Source of the DNA: the human T2T-CHM13v2.0 reference genome, Homo sapiens
Length of the DNA: 64,000 nucleotides
Reading direction: 5' to 3' (one strand)
Assembly: GCF_009914755.1 (NCBI RefSeq)
Contig: NC_060929.1
This document shows positions 13,575 to 29,532 of this stretch, one piece after another. Made by a program: the position numbers and the translations under genes. How positions within the stretch are numbered: the first letter of the stretch is position 1; every line of letters begins with the position of its first letter. The notes beneath the pieces were generated by a model. The model was not told where the DNA came from, ran no database searches, and worked only from the letters and a program-made list of their open reading frames with translations.

Positions 13575-13830
13575 CGGAGTTAGGTCTGTGGAGGGCCCAG
13601 AATCTGCATCTCCAACAAGTCCTGGTGACTTCCATGCTCCTGGCCCTGTGGTGACTTCCATGCTCCTGGCCCCATGGTGACTTCTGTGCTCCTGGCCCCG
13701 TGGTGACTTCCGTGCTCCTGGCACCGTGGTGACTTCCGTGCTTCTGGCCCCATGGTGACTTCCGTGCTCCTGGCCCTGTGGTGACTTCTGTGCTCCTGGC
13801 CCCGGGGACCCCAGTTGAACAAGCATTGCC
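13575..13830 (+). mobile_element. MER5A-like hAT-Charlie element 3' half, hosting a minisatellite
   Basis: 'taggtctgtggagggcccagaatctgcatctccaacaagtcctggtga...ggaccccagttgaacaagcattg' parallels MER5A 'TAGGTCTGGGGTGGGGCCCGAGAATCTGCATTTCTAACAAGCTCCCAGGTGA...GGACCACACTTTGAGTAGCACTG'. Confidence 0.75.
13623..13804. repeat. Minisatellite, 7 x 26 bp
   Basis: Unit TGGTGACTTCYRTGCTCCTGGCCCYR starting at 13623, 13649, 13675, 13701, 13727, 13753 and 13779. Confidence 0.97.
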
Positions 13831-14014
13831 CCAGGGAGTGACCCTTGACTTCCACAATCAATGACTTCTGTCATCACTTGCTTTTTAAAATTATTTTAGA
13901 CATTTTCTATTGCGTTCCTTGCCCTTTTGTATTCCCTGCCACCAAGCACCCAAACTTTCCATTCCCCATTCTCTAATGGAATCATGTCACAATTTGGAAA
14001 AATCTCTCTCTTTA

Positions 14015-14022
<8 letters not shown>

Positions 14023-14045
<23 letters not shown>
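14023..14045. repeat. (CA)n microsatellite
   Basis: Uninterrupted AC run. Confidence 0.95.
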
Positions 14046-14180
14046 TCAGAGACACACATACTTTTGAAGCAAAACATAATAATAACCTTGCTTTTTCATT
14101 TGCTTAGTCTTGAGAAACTTTCATGATCTCAGCACTAACTCAAATTCTCAATAGGGTTAATACTTTCCATAAATTACGGC

Positions 14181-14446
14181 CCCTCCTTCTTTCCTTCCTT
14201 CCTTCTTTCTCTCCTTCCTCCCTCCCTTCCTCCCTCTCTCCCTCCCTTCTTCCCTCCCTCTCTTCTTTCCCTTTTTTTTCCCTCCGTTCCTCCCCTTTCC
14301 TCCTTCTTTCTTCTCTTCCATCTTCTTTTCCCTTTTTCCCTCTCTCCCTTCCCTCCTCCCATTTATCTCCTCCTTTCCTCCCTCCTTCCTCTTTCTCTTC
14401 CTTCCTCCCTCTTCTGTCCTCCTTCCTCCCTCCTTCCTCTCTTCTT
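14181..14446. repeat. CT-rich polypyrimidine low-complexity tract
   Basis: About 265 bp almost entirely C/T (ttcc/ctcc units). Confidence 0.95.
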
Positions 14447-14666
14447 TATTTTATAACACAGGCTGCCATCAGGGCTACCCTCAGATGTCGTCTCTGTTCA
14501 CCCTCATTCTCGTGCTTTTCTCTGCCTTTTGCCTGGGTTTGAGCTTCTGACTCCTAGAACTGATACCTCTCTTTTCCTGGAATTATTCCACTATTTGGTG
14601 AAATGCCTTCCTCTACCTTCCTAGAGAAGGTTTGGATTCTATCTCTTTTGGTAAAAGCTTTTTTAA

Positions 14667-14880
14667 CTGTGCAGTCTAATATGGTAGCCATTAGGCACAC
14701 ATGACAATTTACATTTAAATTATTTCCAAATAAATACAATTTAGAATTCAGGTCCTCACCCCCATTTCTATATCATATTTCTAGTGCTCAGATATATTTC
14801 TAAGTGGTCAAAGATACTAGTGGGCATCAATTTAGGGGGCACAGAGAGACAGCACTCCCATCATCATGGAAGTTCAATGG
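14667..14880 (-). mobile_element. MER3-like hAT-Charlie element
   Basis: 'ctgtgcagtctaatatggtagccatt...tttaaatta...aattcaggtcctca...tttctagtgctca...cccatcatcatggaagttc' follows the MER3 reverse complement. Confidence 0.7.
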
Positions 14881-15852
14881 CTTCCCTCAACGAAGTGTTG
14901 ACCCATGGCTGTTCCCCCATATTGAAGACAGAGTTGCCAAATTGCTGACTGAGCTTCTGGGTACTTGGGAAGAGCTCGTCTGGTGGTGGATTTACATGGA
15001 GCTGAGACAGGACCATTTTTCTGCGTGTCAGTATCGAGCTAGCCATTCCCTCCAGAGGCGAATCCTTCAGCATTCTGTTGTGGGGGATACACGTCTTCCC
15101 TGTGGCATCGTGGACCTGCAGAAGGGGGTGGGAGTCTGACCCTGGGCAAGAGATAGGAGCTTTAATATTGAACAGGATGGGCTTATAAATTTCACTCAGA
15201 GGGGCCTGAAAAGCTAAGGAATCCACTCAAGCTATAATCCAGGAGAGGAAGAAGGTGGTCCCCAGAGGAGAACAAGGTTGAGAAAAAAATTACGCAAGCT
15301 GTTTTCTGTCTGCATCTGAGGCCAGTTTGTTGAGGACATTGATTGCAAGCCCTCCTCCTGCCCTGGCTGTGCCTGCTGACCCAGAAGCTACAGCCCTCAC
15401 AGCAGGCTTTTCTGAAGGGCGCTGCTTATGGCTGGGAGGGGGCCCGAGATCAGGGCTCCTTACCTGGATTTCTCTCCACGTGGTCTCGGCTCGGTGGGGA
15501 TCTGTCCCCACAGTGGGTCTCCCTCCTGGAGACCAGTGCTGTCCCCATCCCTCTGCAAGCAGCTCGCTGTGACCTTCCTCTGCCCCCCACCCACCTCAGC
15601 TTCCCAGCCACGGGCATGTCTTGGCATCTTCCATTTGTGGTGATCACTTCTCTAATAGTTTTTCTTTTTATTTTACACCTTCATCGTCTTTTACTGACAT
15701 CTTGGGTTTTCTGGATGTAGAGAAACAAACCTGTGTTTGTCCTCCCGTGGTTATCCGGAACCTCCTGGTGCTTTTCAACTAAAACACGATCACACACAAA
15801 ACAAAAAGAAAGGGAATGCCTATCTGTATTGGCAGAGAGCACCACCCATAAT

Positions 15853-15915
15853 GTTAATAAAGCAGCTTATGGTTTATAAATTCGAGTTAATAAAGCGGCT
15901 TATGGTTTATAAATT
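15853..15915. repeat. Tandem duplication, 33-bp period
   Basis: gttaataaagc(a/g)gcttatggtttataaatt at 15853-15882 and 15886-15915. Confidence 0.92.
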
Positions 15916-17524
15916 ACAAAAGTGTTACAGGATCTCAGTGAAGATCTCTGAGCAAGAGTGAGAGGACATAATTATTCTTGAGTTGAGAAAAACAATCGAA
16001 GAGGCAGTATATCATGTGGACTAGAGAAAAAAAAATAAAGGAGGAGTGTGACCAGTGGACTTAGTGTCTGTGGTCCAGGTGAAAATGATGCAACCCCATC
16101 ATGCAGCCATGATCAGTGACCATTCTGGAAGTGGCCTCTATAGATGACAGACACTTGTCATCTCGAAGCAAGCTTGGGAGATGCTCCTGCTAACATAGTG
16201 ACCCTCCCCAGAAAAGAGGTTAATCTCTCCAACGAACCCAGAAGTCCTCCTAGCCTGTGCCCCATCTCACTTTGCCCCTGAAAGAACAGGCTCACTTTGT
16301 ATTTTTCTGCACGGTAGTAAAGCTGCAAGAGCAGCTTCAACATTGCCATCCCCTTTCCAGAGGAACTGAACATTGCCACTCTCTGTGGTGACGGATTACA
16401 CTGGAGACATCAGCCAGGTCTACTGTGTGGGTCCAAAACAGCCACGCACCTGTGACGATTTTGTATCTAAAGACGAAGCTGGGAGTTTCTCGTCACTCTG
16501 CAAGCATGGCTGCCATTTACATACATCTCTCAGCATCACAGATTAGGACCCCATTGAAACAATGATCTATCTCCCTAGACCCAAGTGAAATAGATTAGGA
16601 CAATTGTCCCTTTTGAAAGTTTTATTTCTAGTTTGTCTTTATTAGCATAAAGCTCTTAGTTCAACTATGTAATTAAAATTTAATAATGGGCAACTTATAG
16701 GAAATCTGTGAAGCTGGCAGTTCAGCCTCCAGCCGATGGCATCCTCAGCAGGCAGGCAGGATAAATCTGCTCACGTACGTCTGTGTCCTGTTAGCTGCTT
16801 CCGTACGTTCACTTTCCAGAAAACATGGAATGCTCAGTAGGCATGCCGACCTCAATGTCGTCCCTTTGAAAGAGACAAATTCACGCTGGTGAAGACAGGC
16901 CTGAAAGGCTTACCAGAGGCGGCCAGGAGGGCCCCCGCGCGTCTTCCTGGGGTGTGTCCCTTCCAGAGGTGCTCCGGAGCCACAGGGCCCGTGCCCCAGG
17001 CTATGCTTTCTCTGCTCTTGGAAGGGGCTCCTGCTTACAAACTCCAGGCAAATTTCTAGTCCCAGATGGCCCGCAGCAGAGCTCCGGATGGCTTCTACAC
17101 CTAGCAGATGAATGTGGGGACTTCCTGAGCCAAGATGACAACTGGGCTCCCAAGGGTGGCTCTGTAAATGTCTTTGTCTTCTGGTGTCTGTCGTCTAAGG
17201 AGAACTTCACTTAATGATCTGTCATGAGAAATTATCCTGGTGAGAAAAGGTCTTAGGACAAGTGTGCCTGAGTCTAAAGCTGCTAATCCTTATTGTGTAC
17301 CAGATAGAACAGTTAGCACCCTCTTACCATGAGAATACATGGCAATGCTATATTTCTGTAAAATACTTTCTATCTTCCAGATAGTGGTGACTCCCATTCA
17401 GAGAGTAATGCTATCCATTGGCCTGTCATATTACCCACTGCAGGCTCCTGACAACCAGCACAATAAAACCACATTTCAGCACACTCAATGCATCTGGCAC
17501 TTTTGCCACTCTTCAATGATGAGT

Positions 17525-17725
17525 AAGTTGCTTGATGAATTTACCTTATCCCTTTGCACCTCAGTTTCTTCATCTGTAAGATAAGGATGAATACCACCCC
17601 CTACTTCATAGGATTTTTGTGTGTATGTGTGAGAATGGAGATAATACAAGTAAAAGTGTGTGTTATTTCTGCCTCATACAGAAGTGCAGAGTTAACATGT
17701 AGCACATGTGACTATCATTATTATT
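17525..17725 (+). mobile_element. MIR SINE
   Basis: Core 'cctcagtttcttcatctgtaagataaggat...ctacttcataggatt' and a tattatt tail. Confidence 0.8.
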
Positions 17726-19307
17726 TTGTCAAAATGTCCCAAAGAAATCAAATTCACAGATGTATTAATGCCTTCTGTTTTCAAGTCATGTCGGGTGCTA
17801 TGGATATCACAGAAACACAGGACACAGACCGTGCCTTCAGAACTCCTTGTCCAGGTAAGTGGGCCTGGTACTCCCAAATGTAGTCAGATGCCAACATAGT
17901 GTTTACCTGCCACCAAAGACAAACCCAAAAGCAAGATCACAAGGGAAAAGGAGGTGACTCATGCACTGTGGCTCTGCACAAATGATCACACCTGCATTTT
18001 CAGCTGGCCAGGGTGAGGGAGCGCCTCTACTTCTAATGAGAGTTTCTTAGCAACTCCTCTCCTCCAGTGTATGAGATACTCATTGTGTTTTGTTTCATTT
18101 CAATTCAATATTTTCACTTATATTTATGGCCTGTGATATTGATAAATACTTTGATAATGTCATTTTAAAATAAGACTATTATAACATAAGCTCAGGGAGA
18201 GAGGGAAGAAACCAAAATCATGTGTTTTAATTCCATTACTGTAACAAATGACAATGGAAACATTACGATTGTTCCTTTGATATTGTTTAGAACCATGTCC
18301 CACATGTATACATGCTGTGTTTAACAAAATCTTAGAGTGTGGATTGGGTCTCCTCCTTTTGCACAACATTTTGCTCTAGGAGTCCTGCTCCCCTTTGCAT
18401 GTTTGTGTGGGTGGCTATCAGTCTAGGAGGTCACCTCTGGAATTATCTGCACTTCACTGGATATTTAGGTGGCCCCTGGACCCGTGCCAGGCATGGTGAC
18501 TACCTCTCTGCCCTTCTAGCTGAGTGGGTGGGGCATTCGTTCAAAGTGGATAGAATGGGGTCTTCAAGAAAATCTGGCTTCTCCCACTTTGAGGTGTGTG
18601 GGGAGCTCAGGACCTGGTGAAGCCGTGGATTCCAGCTCAGTGTCTAGGGGAAGATGGGGTTCTGTTTCTTACCACCCCCAGGTGACGTCAGTGGTCTAAT
18701 CCTTGGACCACACTTGGGCAGCCAAGGTCTGGCTCACATCGAAGTGTCCTGGACCCCACCGGTCATTTCCCAGTGCTTATTTTCTGCAGTTTGTCTAACA
18801 AGAGGCAAGTCAGTGTCTGAATTCCGGGGCCCATCAAATACAGGAGCTTTCTTTTGCTATTGATCCAGCTCATTCCCTGTGTGTCCTCTCCTGCCCCTGG
18901 GGTAATGGGGATCCAGTCTCAGTTGTCCCACTGCCTCCTCTCCCAGGGCCGTATCTCGATGATGAGGGGAATTCCTAGGACCCAGGGCAGTGTCATCAGA
19001 CCACCCAGGAGCCCCTTCTGCCTATCTGCAGGGCCCTCCAGTTTGATGACCACACAGAGCCTCTCTCCTCTCAGCCACAGGCTTCCAGAAGCTTCAGACA
19101 GGCATTAAGACACAGAGTCTCATGAGACTTGGGTGCCATCTGACTGGTCCCTCCTGAAACCATGAATGGGGAATGGGGAGAATAAATATGGAGGAATACT
19201 TGCAAAATATCCCAACACTTTAGTTTATCCTTTAAAATGTCAAATGGGGTGAAATAGTTCTGTGTAAGAATCGAGGGAGCTAGTTTTTCATTGTGCCGCC
19301 CTCATGA

Positions 19308-19559
<252 letters not shown>

Positions 19560-22381
19560 TGAGGACACCCAACTCACGCTTGTTATGGGCCACAAGGCCA
19601 TGGCCTTCCCCTTCCCCTGCCGTCAGGGCAAACTGGGTTCACTTCTGCTGGTGACCTGTGCTTGCCCATCCAAGGGCACTGAACCCACGAGGCACAACCT
19701 GGGCAGCATTTGTGGAGCCTGTTGGGGAGGCCGGGGGGAGGGTTGGGGTGACCCAGCCTGGCCCTGCCTTCGACCCTGCTGGGCCACCGCTCCAGTTCCC
19801 ACCACGCTCAGGAAAGCCCCTGCTCTACCTGGAGCGGATTCAAGCACCGGTTCCAGACTCAGAGATCTTGCTCCTCTTGAATGGGATTTTCTCTGTGTTT
19901 TAGACTAAATCATTTAATCATCTCAGCCTCTTAATGAAATGGCCGTGAGTTATGTCAGTCTTCACAAATTATTTACAAAAATAAAAAACAACTGTCCCCA
20001 TTCCTAGGGCCTTGCTCTCTCCACTCCTAGTAGCTCTGAGGGTCCAGCAGGTAGCAAATGTGGGGGCAGAGCCTGTCCTTTTAGTTCAGCCTCAGGAGCC
20101 TCCTGTGAGGGGAAGGACAGGTGTATGTCCTGCTCACACAGATAAGGAAGTATCTCACACCCAAGGGCCTGATGTTTCACATCTGACAAAACTCCCAAGA
20201 TTGGGATGCTTCGCAGCCTCTCCACGGTGCCAAAAAATGAGGGAGGTGGTGTAGCTCAAGGCCTAGCTTCTAACGCACCACACGTGTGTATCCACCACAG
20301 AAATGCAGCTGCCCTGGAGCTGGCTTACAGGCTTGACACTAAGCTAGTCCTTACATTGAAGGGATGTGCATAACCCCTAAGGAACGCACCAAAGTTGTAA
20401 CTTCTCAGGTCCCAACATATATGGTCATGCCCAGGAAGGCAGCTCTAAGCTGGGTGCAGAAGCCATTGGAGAATAGCCCTTCAGCCAGAGAGGAGGAGAA
20501 GGAGGAGGAGGAGAATGAGGAGAACGTAAGGAGGTGTGGGGAGCTTGCTTCCACCTTGGTTTTCTGAGACAAGCCTGAATTCCGAGGGCGGTCATGGCCT
20601 GCTCCCACCCATGCTGGGTGAAGCCTTAGGTCTGCATGTCTGGGAGCAGTGCATTCTAGCCCCACCTAGGCCAGTGGGATTGGCCATGTGGCCATAATCC
20701 AGGTGATCTGAATTTCACTATGTTTTAATCTGTAATATGGAATGATTTCTATTTGCCAAGCTTAGTACATAGGGTTAGGGTGAGGAGTGACAGGATCTAA
20801 ACACACTTTGAGAAAGGAAAGTGTTATGCTTCTCCACCCTGCCAGAGTCAGAGGGGTGATCGGGGCTGCTCCGCCACAAGCTGAAGGTTTCACTGTGCTA
20901 TAAAGGAAACTTCCATCCAAAGGAATCGTTCTGCTAGCAAAACACAGACATGCACACAGCTGAAACAACTTCCACACACAGTGTATGATTTCCTATTCTG
21001 CGCACAGAGAGAAAGGACAGATGTGTTAGCAGAGGATTACTGTTGGAATAATTATGTTAGCTAAGACACAAATGGGCTCCCATGCCAGCTCCAGTTTTGG
21101 GTTCTCACTGAATTGAATTCTCAGAGGGGGTCCTGCTTACACATAATTGTGCCTCAGAGCTAGAAACAAGGAGGCTCTATTTGATCAACTAGCTGGAGGA
21201 TTTGAAAGGTAACCCTCTCATTCCAACTGCTTTTCTAAATATAACATCCTCAGGGGAACCCATCCTTCTGGAGGGAAAATATTAAAGAGAAAGAAGAAAT
21301 AGGTAGAGAGTAAACAAAATCCATCTCCCCTCTGCAGAGTCCCCACCTTGACTTCTTTTAAGTGTTGTTGGAAAACCTCCTGCCCCTCGCTCTGTCTTTC
21401 TCCCTTCCCCTCCCACTCCACAAACACAGTTTTTCACTTTTTATCTATATATACAGTGTCTATAAATCAGATATTTTGGTCCCCAAATACATGAGTGTTT
21501 ACCAAGAAAATAAGATGCTTTCCAGAGAAAGCCAGCATTTTTATGGAGGTGCACCCACACTCAAAAACACATGTGTGCCAGTGAGCTCTTGCCTGAAGCA
21601 GGCCCAGGCTACTGGGGCTTCTGCGGAACCCTGCCTCTGCCCAGGTCCCCCCCACCTCACAGAGTCGACCTCAGGCCTGGGCCATGCTCTTCTGCCAGCT
21701 TCAGCCATCGCCCCACCCACAAGCAGGCCTGCAAGCAGAGTGTCAGCATGACTTGGCTCTCGTGAGATGGCACGTGGCTGGAGAGCGATGTTAGCCTTGG
21801 GGACACGTTTTAGTAAGAATCAGCCCATGACACGCTGCCCCCATGCTAATTTGAGATAAGACTGCCAATTATTTCCTCCTTTCTTTCAAAACTTTTCCTT
21901 TTTGCTACTGAAAGATATGTTCATTTAAAAGAGGTGGCTCATGTTTCTGATCCTCAGATACGGCTCTGAAAGAATTGTTTATGTTTATGGGTTCAGTGAA
22001 ACACACAAGGGCCTGAAGGAGCTGCAGCCTGGGTTCCTGCTCCCCACCAAACCTGGGAGCAACAACGTTTTTGGAGAAACATGGGGTCCAGCTGCTCAGC
22101 TGCGTAGGGGTGAACCAGAGGACCAGGACCCTGACTGCTGTCCAGAGACCAGCTGCCTGCTGCAGCCCTGCTACTCTCCAGTTAACAGAGGTGAGGCACT
22201 TACTTTGCAGGGTCAGAGCACACAGGCATTCAATGTTTTCTTCACTTACATGAATTAGAATTATTGCAAGTCTGAGGCAACTCACAACTTGTACAACTAG
22301 GGCTGCCCCCAGTGATGTGACACCAGCTGAGGAAGGAAATGGGTGGATCATCCAACAAACAAGCATTTAGGTTTCATGATC

Positions 22382-24944
<2,563 letters not shown>

Positions 24945-25971
24945 TAATCACAGTTATGTGCTTAACTGATACTGCAGACAGTAAGCCAGTGGGTCACCTT
25001 TTAAATCCACAGGGGAACACACTTCATCCCTGCAAGCCCTGAGAAGAAAGAACATCTGTGCATCTTCCCAGAGCCTTCATAAGTCCCGAGTGTGTCCCAG
25101 TGATTTTTTTAAACAAGTTTAATATGAAGAAATACTATTACAAACAAACAACTATTAGAAACAAAAGTTTGGGCTTCATTGAGACATTCCTTCCATGAAA
25201 CAGAAATGAGGGCACAAAGCCCAGGCCACTGCCCCTGGGCTGTAGGGGGCAGCCAGGGCATAGGCTGGGGCTGAGGAGGGCCTGGTGCTTCTCCTTCCCT
25301 CTCCTTTCCCCACATAGCACCTCACCCTTCTCTAGACCTTCTTGGAGTATTCCTGTGTAGTCTCTGATGCCACCACAGCCATGGCAACAGCAACTTCTAT
25401 TACTTCTCTCTTCATTTCTTTAACAATCCCACTTCTTACAGTTTTGAAGTAATAGCACAACACGTTCACCTACCTTTGATGTTTCCTAAGATATCTAGTT
25501 TTTAGTTGGGGTGGGGGAACATTTCAGCTAACCTTTCAGAAAGTATTTCAGTTGTACAAAAATAGTATCTGATCCTTAATCCAACCAAATTTTGACCAAA
25601 AATTACAAGAAATTGTTGCACTTGCTTTCTGCATTTTGGACTAGAAACACTAATAAGGCTCTAAATTATTAAAAATACACTAAATATCAAAATAGGTTTT
25701 GAATGCATGTGCATTCAGCTTGAGGCCCATTGCAGCCCAAGTCAACCCAGTTTCCCCATGCCCACATCTCCCATTTGGGCTTCTTGTTCAGCTATCAAAG
25801 CATTTGTCAGTGGTGGAATTGAACCTCCCAGAATAAAGTGTTTACTGAACCAATCGGGCAACCCTGAGGGGGCTCACAGAGGTGCTTGAGGGACACAAGG
25901 ACAAGTAACAATGTAGGTCCTAGCTTCCAGGAGTGGCCAAATGGATGGAAACATCATTAAAACACAAGGAC

Positions 25972-26361
<390 letters not shown>

Positions 26362-26732
26362 TCAGTCCTGAGCCATTGTGAGGCCTTTGAGATGGCTTGT
26401 TAACAGAATGCACAAATAAATGAATTTCAATCTATTTAAGTGTTAGCTTTCACAGAGAAAATAACTTTAGATAAATCTTAAAGGCCAAGCCAGACCTCCA
26501 CAGCTCAACCCTAGAAAAGTTTAGAGTTGCCTTTCTGTGCAGAGGAGAGAGTGCTAGTGGCTTCTGGACTTTGGGGGTGTCATTTGAGGGCCCTATATGA
26601 TGATCTGATGAGAACTGGTATAGGCCAAGGAAACAGGTGAGTGTGGACAGATAGTGGAGGTACTTGAGCTATTTGGGCAGCTTAATGTGGGGTGTGTGTG
26701 TATATATCATGCTAATTACAAGTTTGTGTACA

Positions 26733-27087
26733 CAGATGCTCCTTGACTTACCATGAGGCTACCTCTCGATAAACTCATTCGTAAGTTGAAAATATCCCAA
26801 GTAGAAATGCATTTAATAAGCCCAACCTACTGAACATCATAGCCTAGCATAGTCTAGCCTACCTAACCATGCTAAGAACACTACAGTTGGGCAATCATCT
26901 AACACAAAGCCGACTTTGTAATAGTGTTGAATATCTCATTTAATTCATTGAATACCGGGCTAAAAGTGAAAAAGAAAATGGTTGCATGAGTGTTTGAAGT
27001 ACGGTTTCTAATGAATGTGTATTGCTTTTGCACAATTGTCAAGTTGAAAAATTCTAAATCCAACCTTCATAAATTGGGGACTGTCTG
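26733..27087 (+). mobile_element. MER47A (TcMar-Tigger) non-autonomous DNA transposon
   Basis: CAGATGCTCCTTGACTTA...GGGGACTGTCTG termini, TA at 27088-27089; internal sequence matches recalled MER47A. Confidence 0.9.
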
Positions 27088-27149
27088 TATTTTCATTACT
27101 GATTTGTGCTTCCCTTTATTTCAGTGACTTAGGAAGATGAACATAGATA

Positions 27150-27875
27150 CATGTGAACTTCCGGCCTCTGCACCAACACATTAAGAGTATGTAAGCTTTC
27201 ACTCCCATCCCTACAGCAAGAAAATCTGAACAAACTGAAAATCAGTGACTTTCTTTAGACTCATCAGTAAAGTACATTTGTAAAGAGACAGCACATACAG
27301 GAAGTCCAGCTGAGATGGGCTTACCTGGAGCAGGGGCCCCAGGATCCATCAACTGTAGAAACTTGTAAATACAAATTATGGTGAATTTATGGAAGCTGAG
27401 AGTGAGAAGCTCCTGGAGGACTGCAGTCTTGAGGAGACCCCACATTTTAATGATTTTTACCTCCAGCAACCTCATTAGGTTCTTTATTATTCCATTTTTG
27501 CACTGCTATAAAGAAATACCTAAAACTGGGTGATCTATAAAGAAAAGAGGTTTAATTGGCTCACAGTTCTGCAAGCTGTACAGGGAGCATGGCTGGGGGT
27601 GCCTCAGGAAACTTAAAATCATGGTGGAAGACGAAGGGGAAGCAGGCACATTTTACACGGTCAGGCAGGAGGAAGAGAGAGAGGGGGTGAGAACTTGCTC
27701 ACTATTGTGAGAACAGCAAGGGAGATATCCACCCCCATGACCCAGCCACCTCCCACCAGGTCCCTCCTCCAATACTGGGAATCACAATTCAATGTGGGAT
27801 TTGGGTGGGGACACGGACCCAAACCACATTAGGTTCTCACAAGAAAAACATGAGAAAGATTCCCTCATGGTTCTG
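27150..27875 (+). mobile_element. Old L1M 5'-region fragment split by MSTA
   Basis: 'ctgaacaaactgaaaatcagtgactttc...cttacctggagcag...gagagtgagaagctcctgg...tttacctccag' continues after the MSTA as 'ggttctcacaag...agattccctcatgg'. Confidence 0.6.
27483..27831 (-). mobile_element. MSTA MaLR solo LTR
   Basis: 'gctataaagaaatacc...agaaaagaggtttaattggctcacagttctgcaagctgtacagg...gatttgggtggggacac...aaaccac'; perfect 5-bp TSD GGTTC at 27478-27482 and 27832-27836. Confidence 0.92.
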
Positions 27876-28201
27876 GGTTCGTTTTTGCCTTGTGCCCTGA
27901 GCTGTTGGGATATACTCTGTCTCCCTGCAACCCTGAACTGAAATAATTGGGTAAATCATTATCCTGTTTTTATTAATATTTCTCAAATGTATGTACAGCT
28001 CACGTTTATTTCAATGCTTAATATTATAAGTGTTTTGGTCTTTAGCAGTTTGATGATGGTTTTAGTGACAGGAAATATGCTGTAGGAACTTAACCCTGCT
28101 TTACATCAATTAGCCTGTGGTAAGATTGGCTTCATTAGGCATCGTTTTTTAAAGTTGCATTTTCTAAGAATCTATTGATGACACTAAGTGAGGACCTCCT
28201 G
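27876..28201 (-). mobile_element. MER82 (TcMar-Tigger), one end only
   Basis: Ends 'ctattgatgacactaagtgaggacctcctg' + TA, matching the reverse complement of the MER82 terminus CAGTAAGTCCTCACTTAACGTCATCGATAG. Confidence 0.8.
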
Positions 28202-28720
<519 letters not shown>

Positions 28721-28807
28721 GGATTGATCCCATGGATATGACACCAAAAGCAAAGGCAGCAAAAGCAGAATTAGTCTGAGTGAGACTAAATCAAACTACA
28801 AATCTCT
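28721..28807 (+). mobile_element. Short L1 ORF2 segment, inverted relative to the adjacent L1
   Basis: 'ggatatgacaccaaaagcaaaggcagcaaaagcagaattag...gactaaatcaaacta' is sense L1 ORF2. Confidence 0.8.
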
Positions 28808-28902
28808 CAAAAAATAAAAAATAAAAAGAAGGCATAGTGGTGTTCCAAAGTAGACTTACATTAGTTAACATGCCCTTGAGAAAAGTCTGGGACAGCTAGT
28901 CA

Positions 28903-29207
28903 TTTTTTTTTTTTTGAGACACAATTTCACTCTATTGCCCAAGCTGGAGTACAGTGGTGTGATCTCGGCTCAATGCAACCTCACTTCCCAGGTTCAAGCA
29001 GTTCCCATGCCTCAGCCGCCCGAGTAGCTGGGATTACAGGTGCAGGTCACCACACCCAGCTAATATTTATTTATTTATTTGTTTATTTATAGTGATGGGG
29101 TTTCACCATGTTGGCCAGGCTGGTCTTGAACTCCTGACCTCAAGTGATACACCCTCCTCGGCCTCCCAAAGTGCTAGGATTATAGGCGTGAGCCACCATA
29201 CCCAGCA
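28903..29207 (-). mobile_element. AluS with a (TTTA)n-expanded linker
   Basis: Poly-T tail, both arms, linker 'atatttatttatttatttgtttatttat'. Confidence 0.95.
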
Positions 29208-29319
29208 CAGTAAATATTTTTAAGAGAACTGAATGCTAAGAGAGGAAATAGAATATAATCTTACAGTACTTCTGCCAGAGAAGGCAGAAAAGGGGGTGTG
29301 GGGCAGAAACAAATGACAA

Positions 29320-29515
29320 ATGCAAATCCAGAAAAGTTACAAATATGGCTGATACGAATACAAATGAATCAATAATTATTTTAAATTTCTATGGTATAAA
29401 TACAATGAAAGAAAGAGATTGTCAGAGTAAATAAGAAAACAAGACCCAACTAAGAGTTGATGGTAATAAACCGACTTAAACAAAATGACTCAGATAGACT
29501 GAGATTAAAGGGATC
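29320..29515 (+). mobile_element. Old L1M ORF2 endonuclease-start fragment
   Basis: 'tcaataattattttaaat...agagattgtcagagt...aaacaagacccaact...gatagactgagattaaagggat'. Confidence 0.7.
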
Positions 29516-29532
29516 ATTTTCCTACATCATGC

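Noticed and set aside
13420-13877. Repetitive-peptide ORFs and a CRISPR-like appearance
   Set aside because: Head-to-tail 26-bp minisatellite with no unique spacers, in eukaryotic DNA with no cas genes
14123-14542. Ser/Pro/Leu/Phe-rich ORF and Arg/Glu/Gly-rich antisense ORF
   Set aside because: Translations of the polypyrimidine tract
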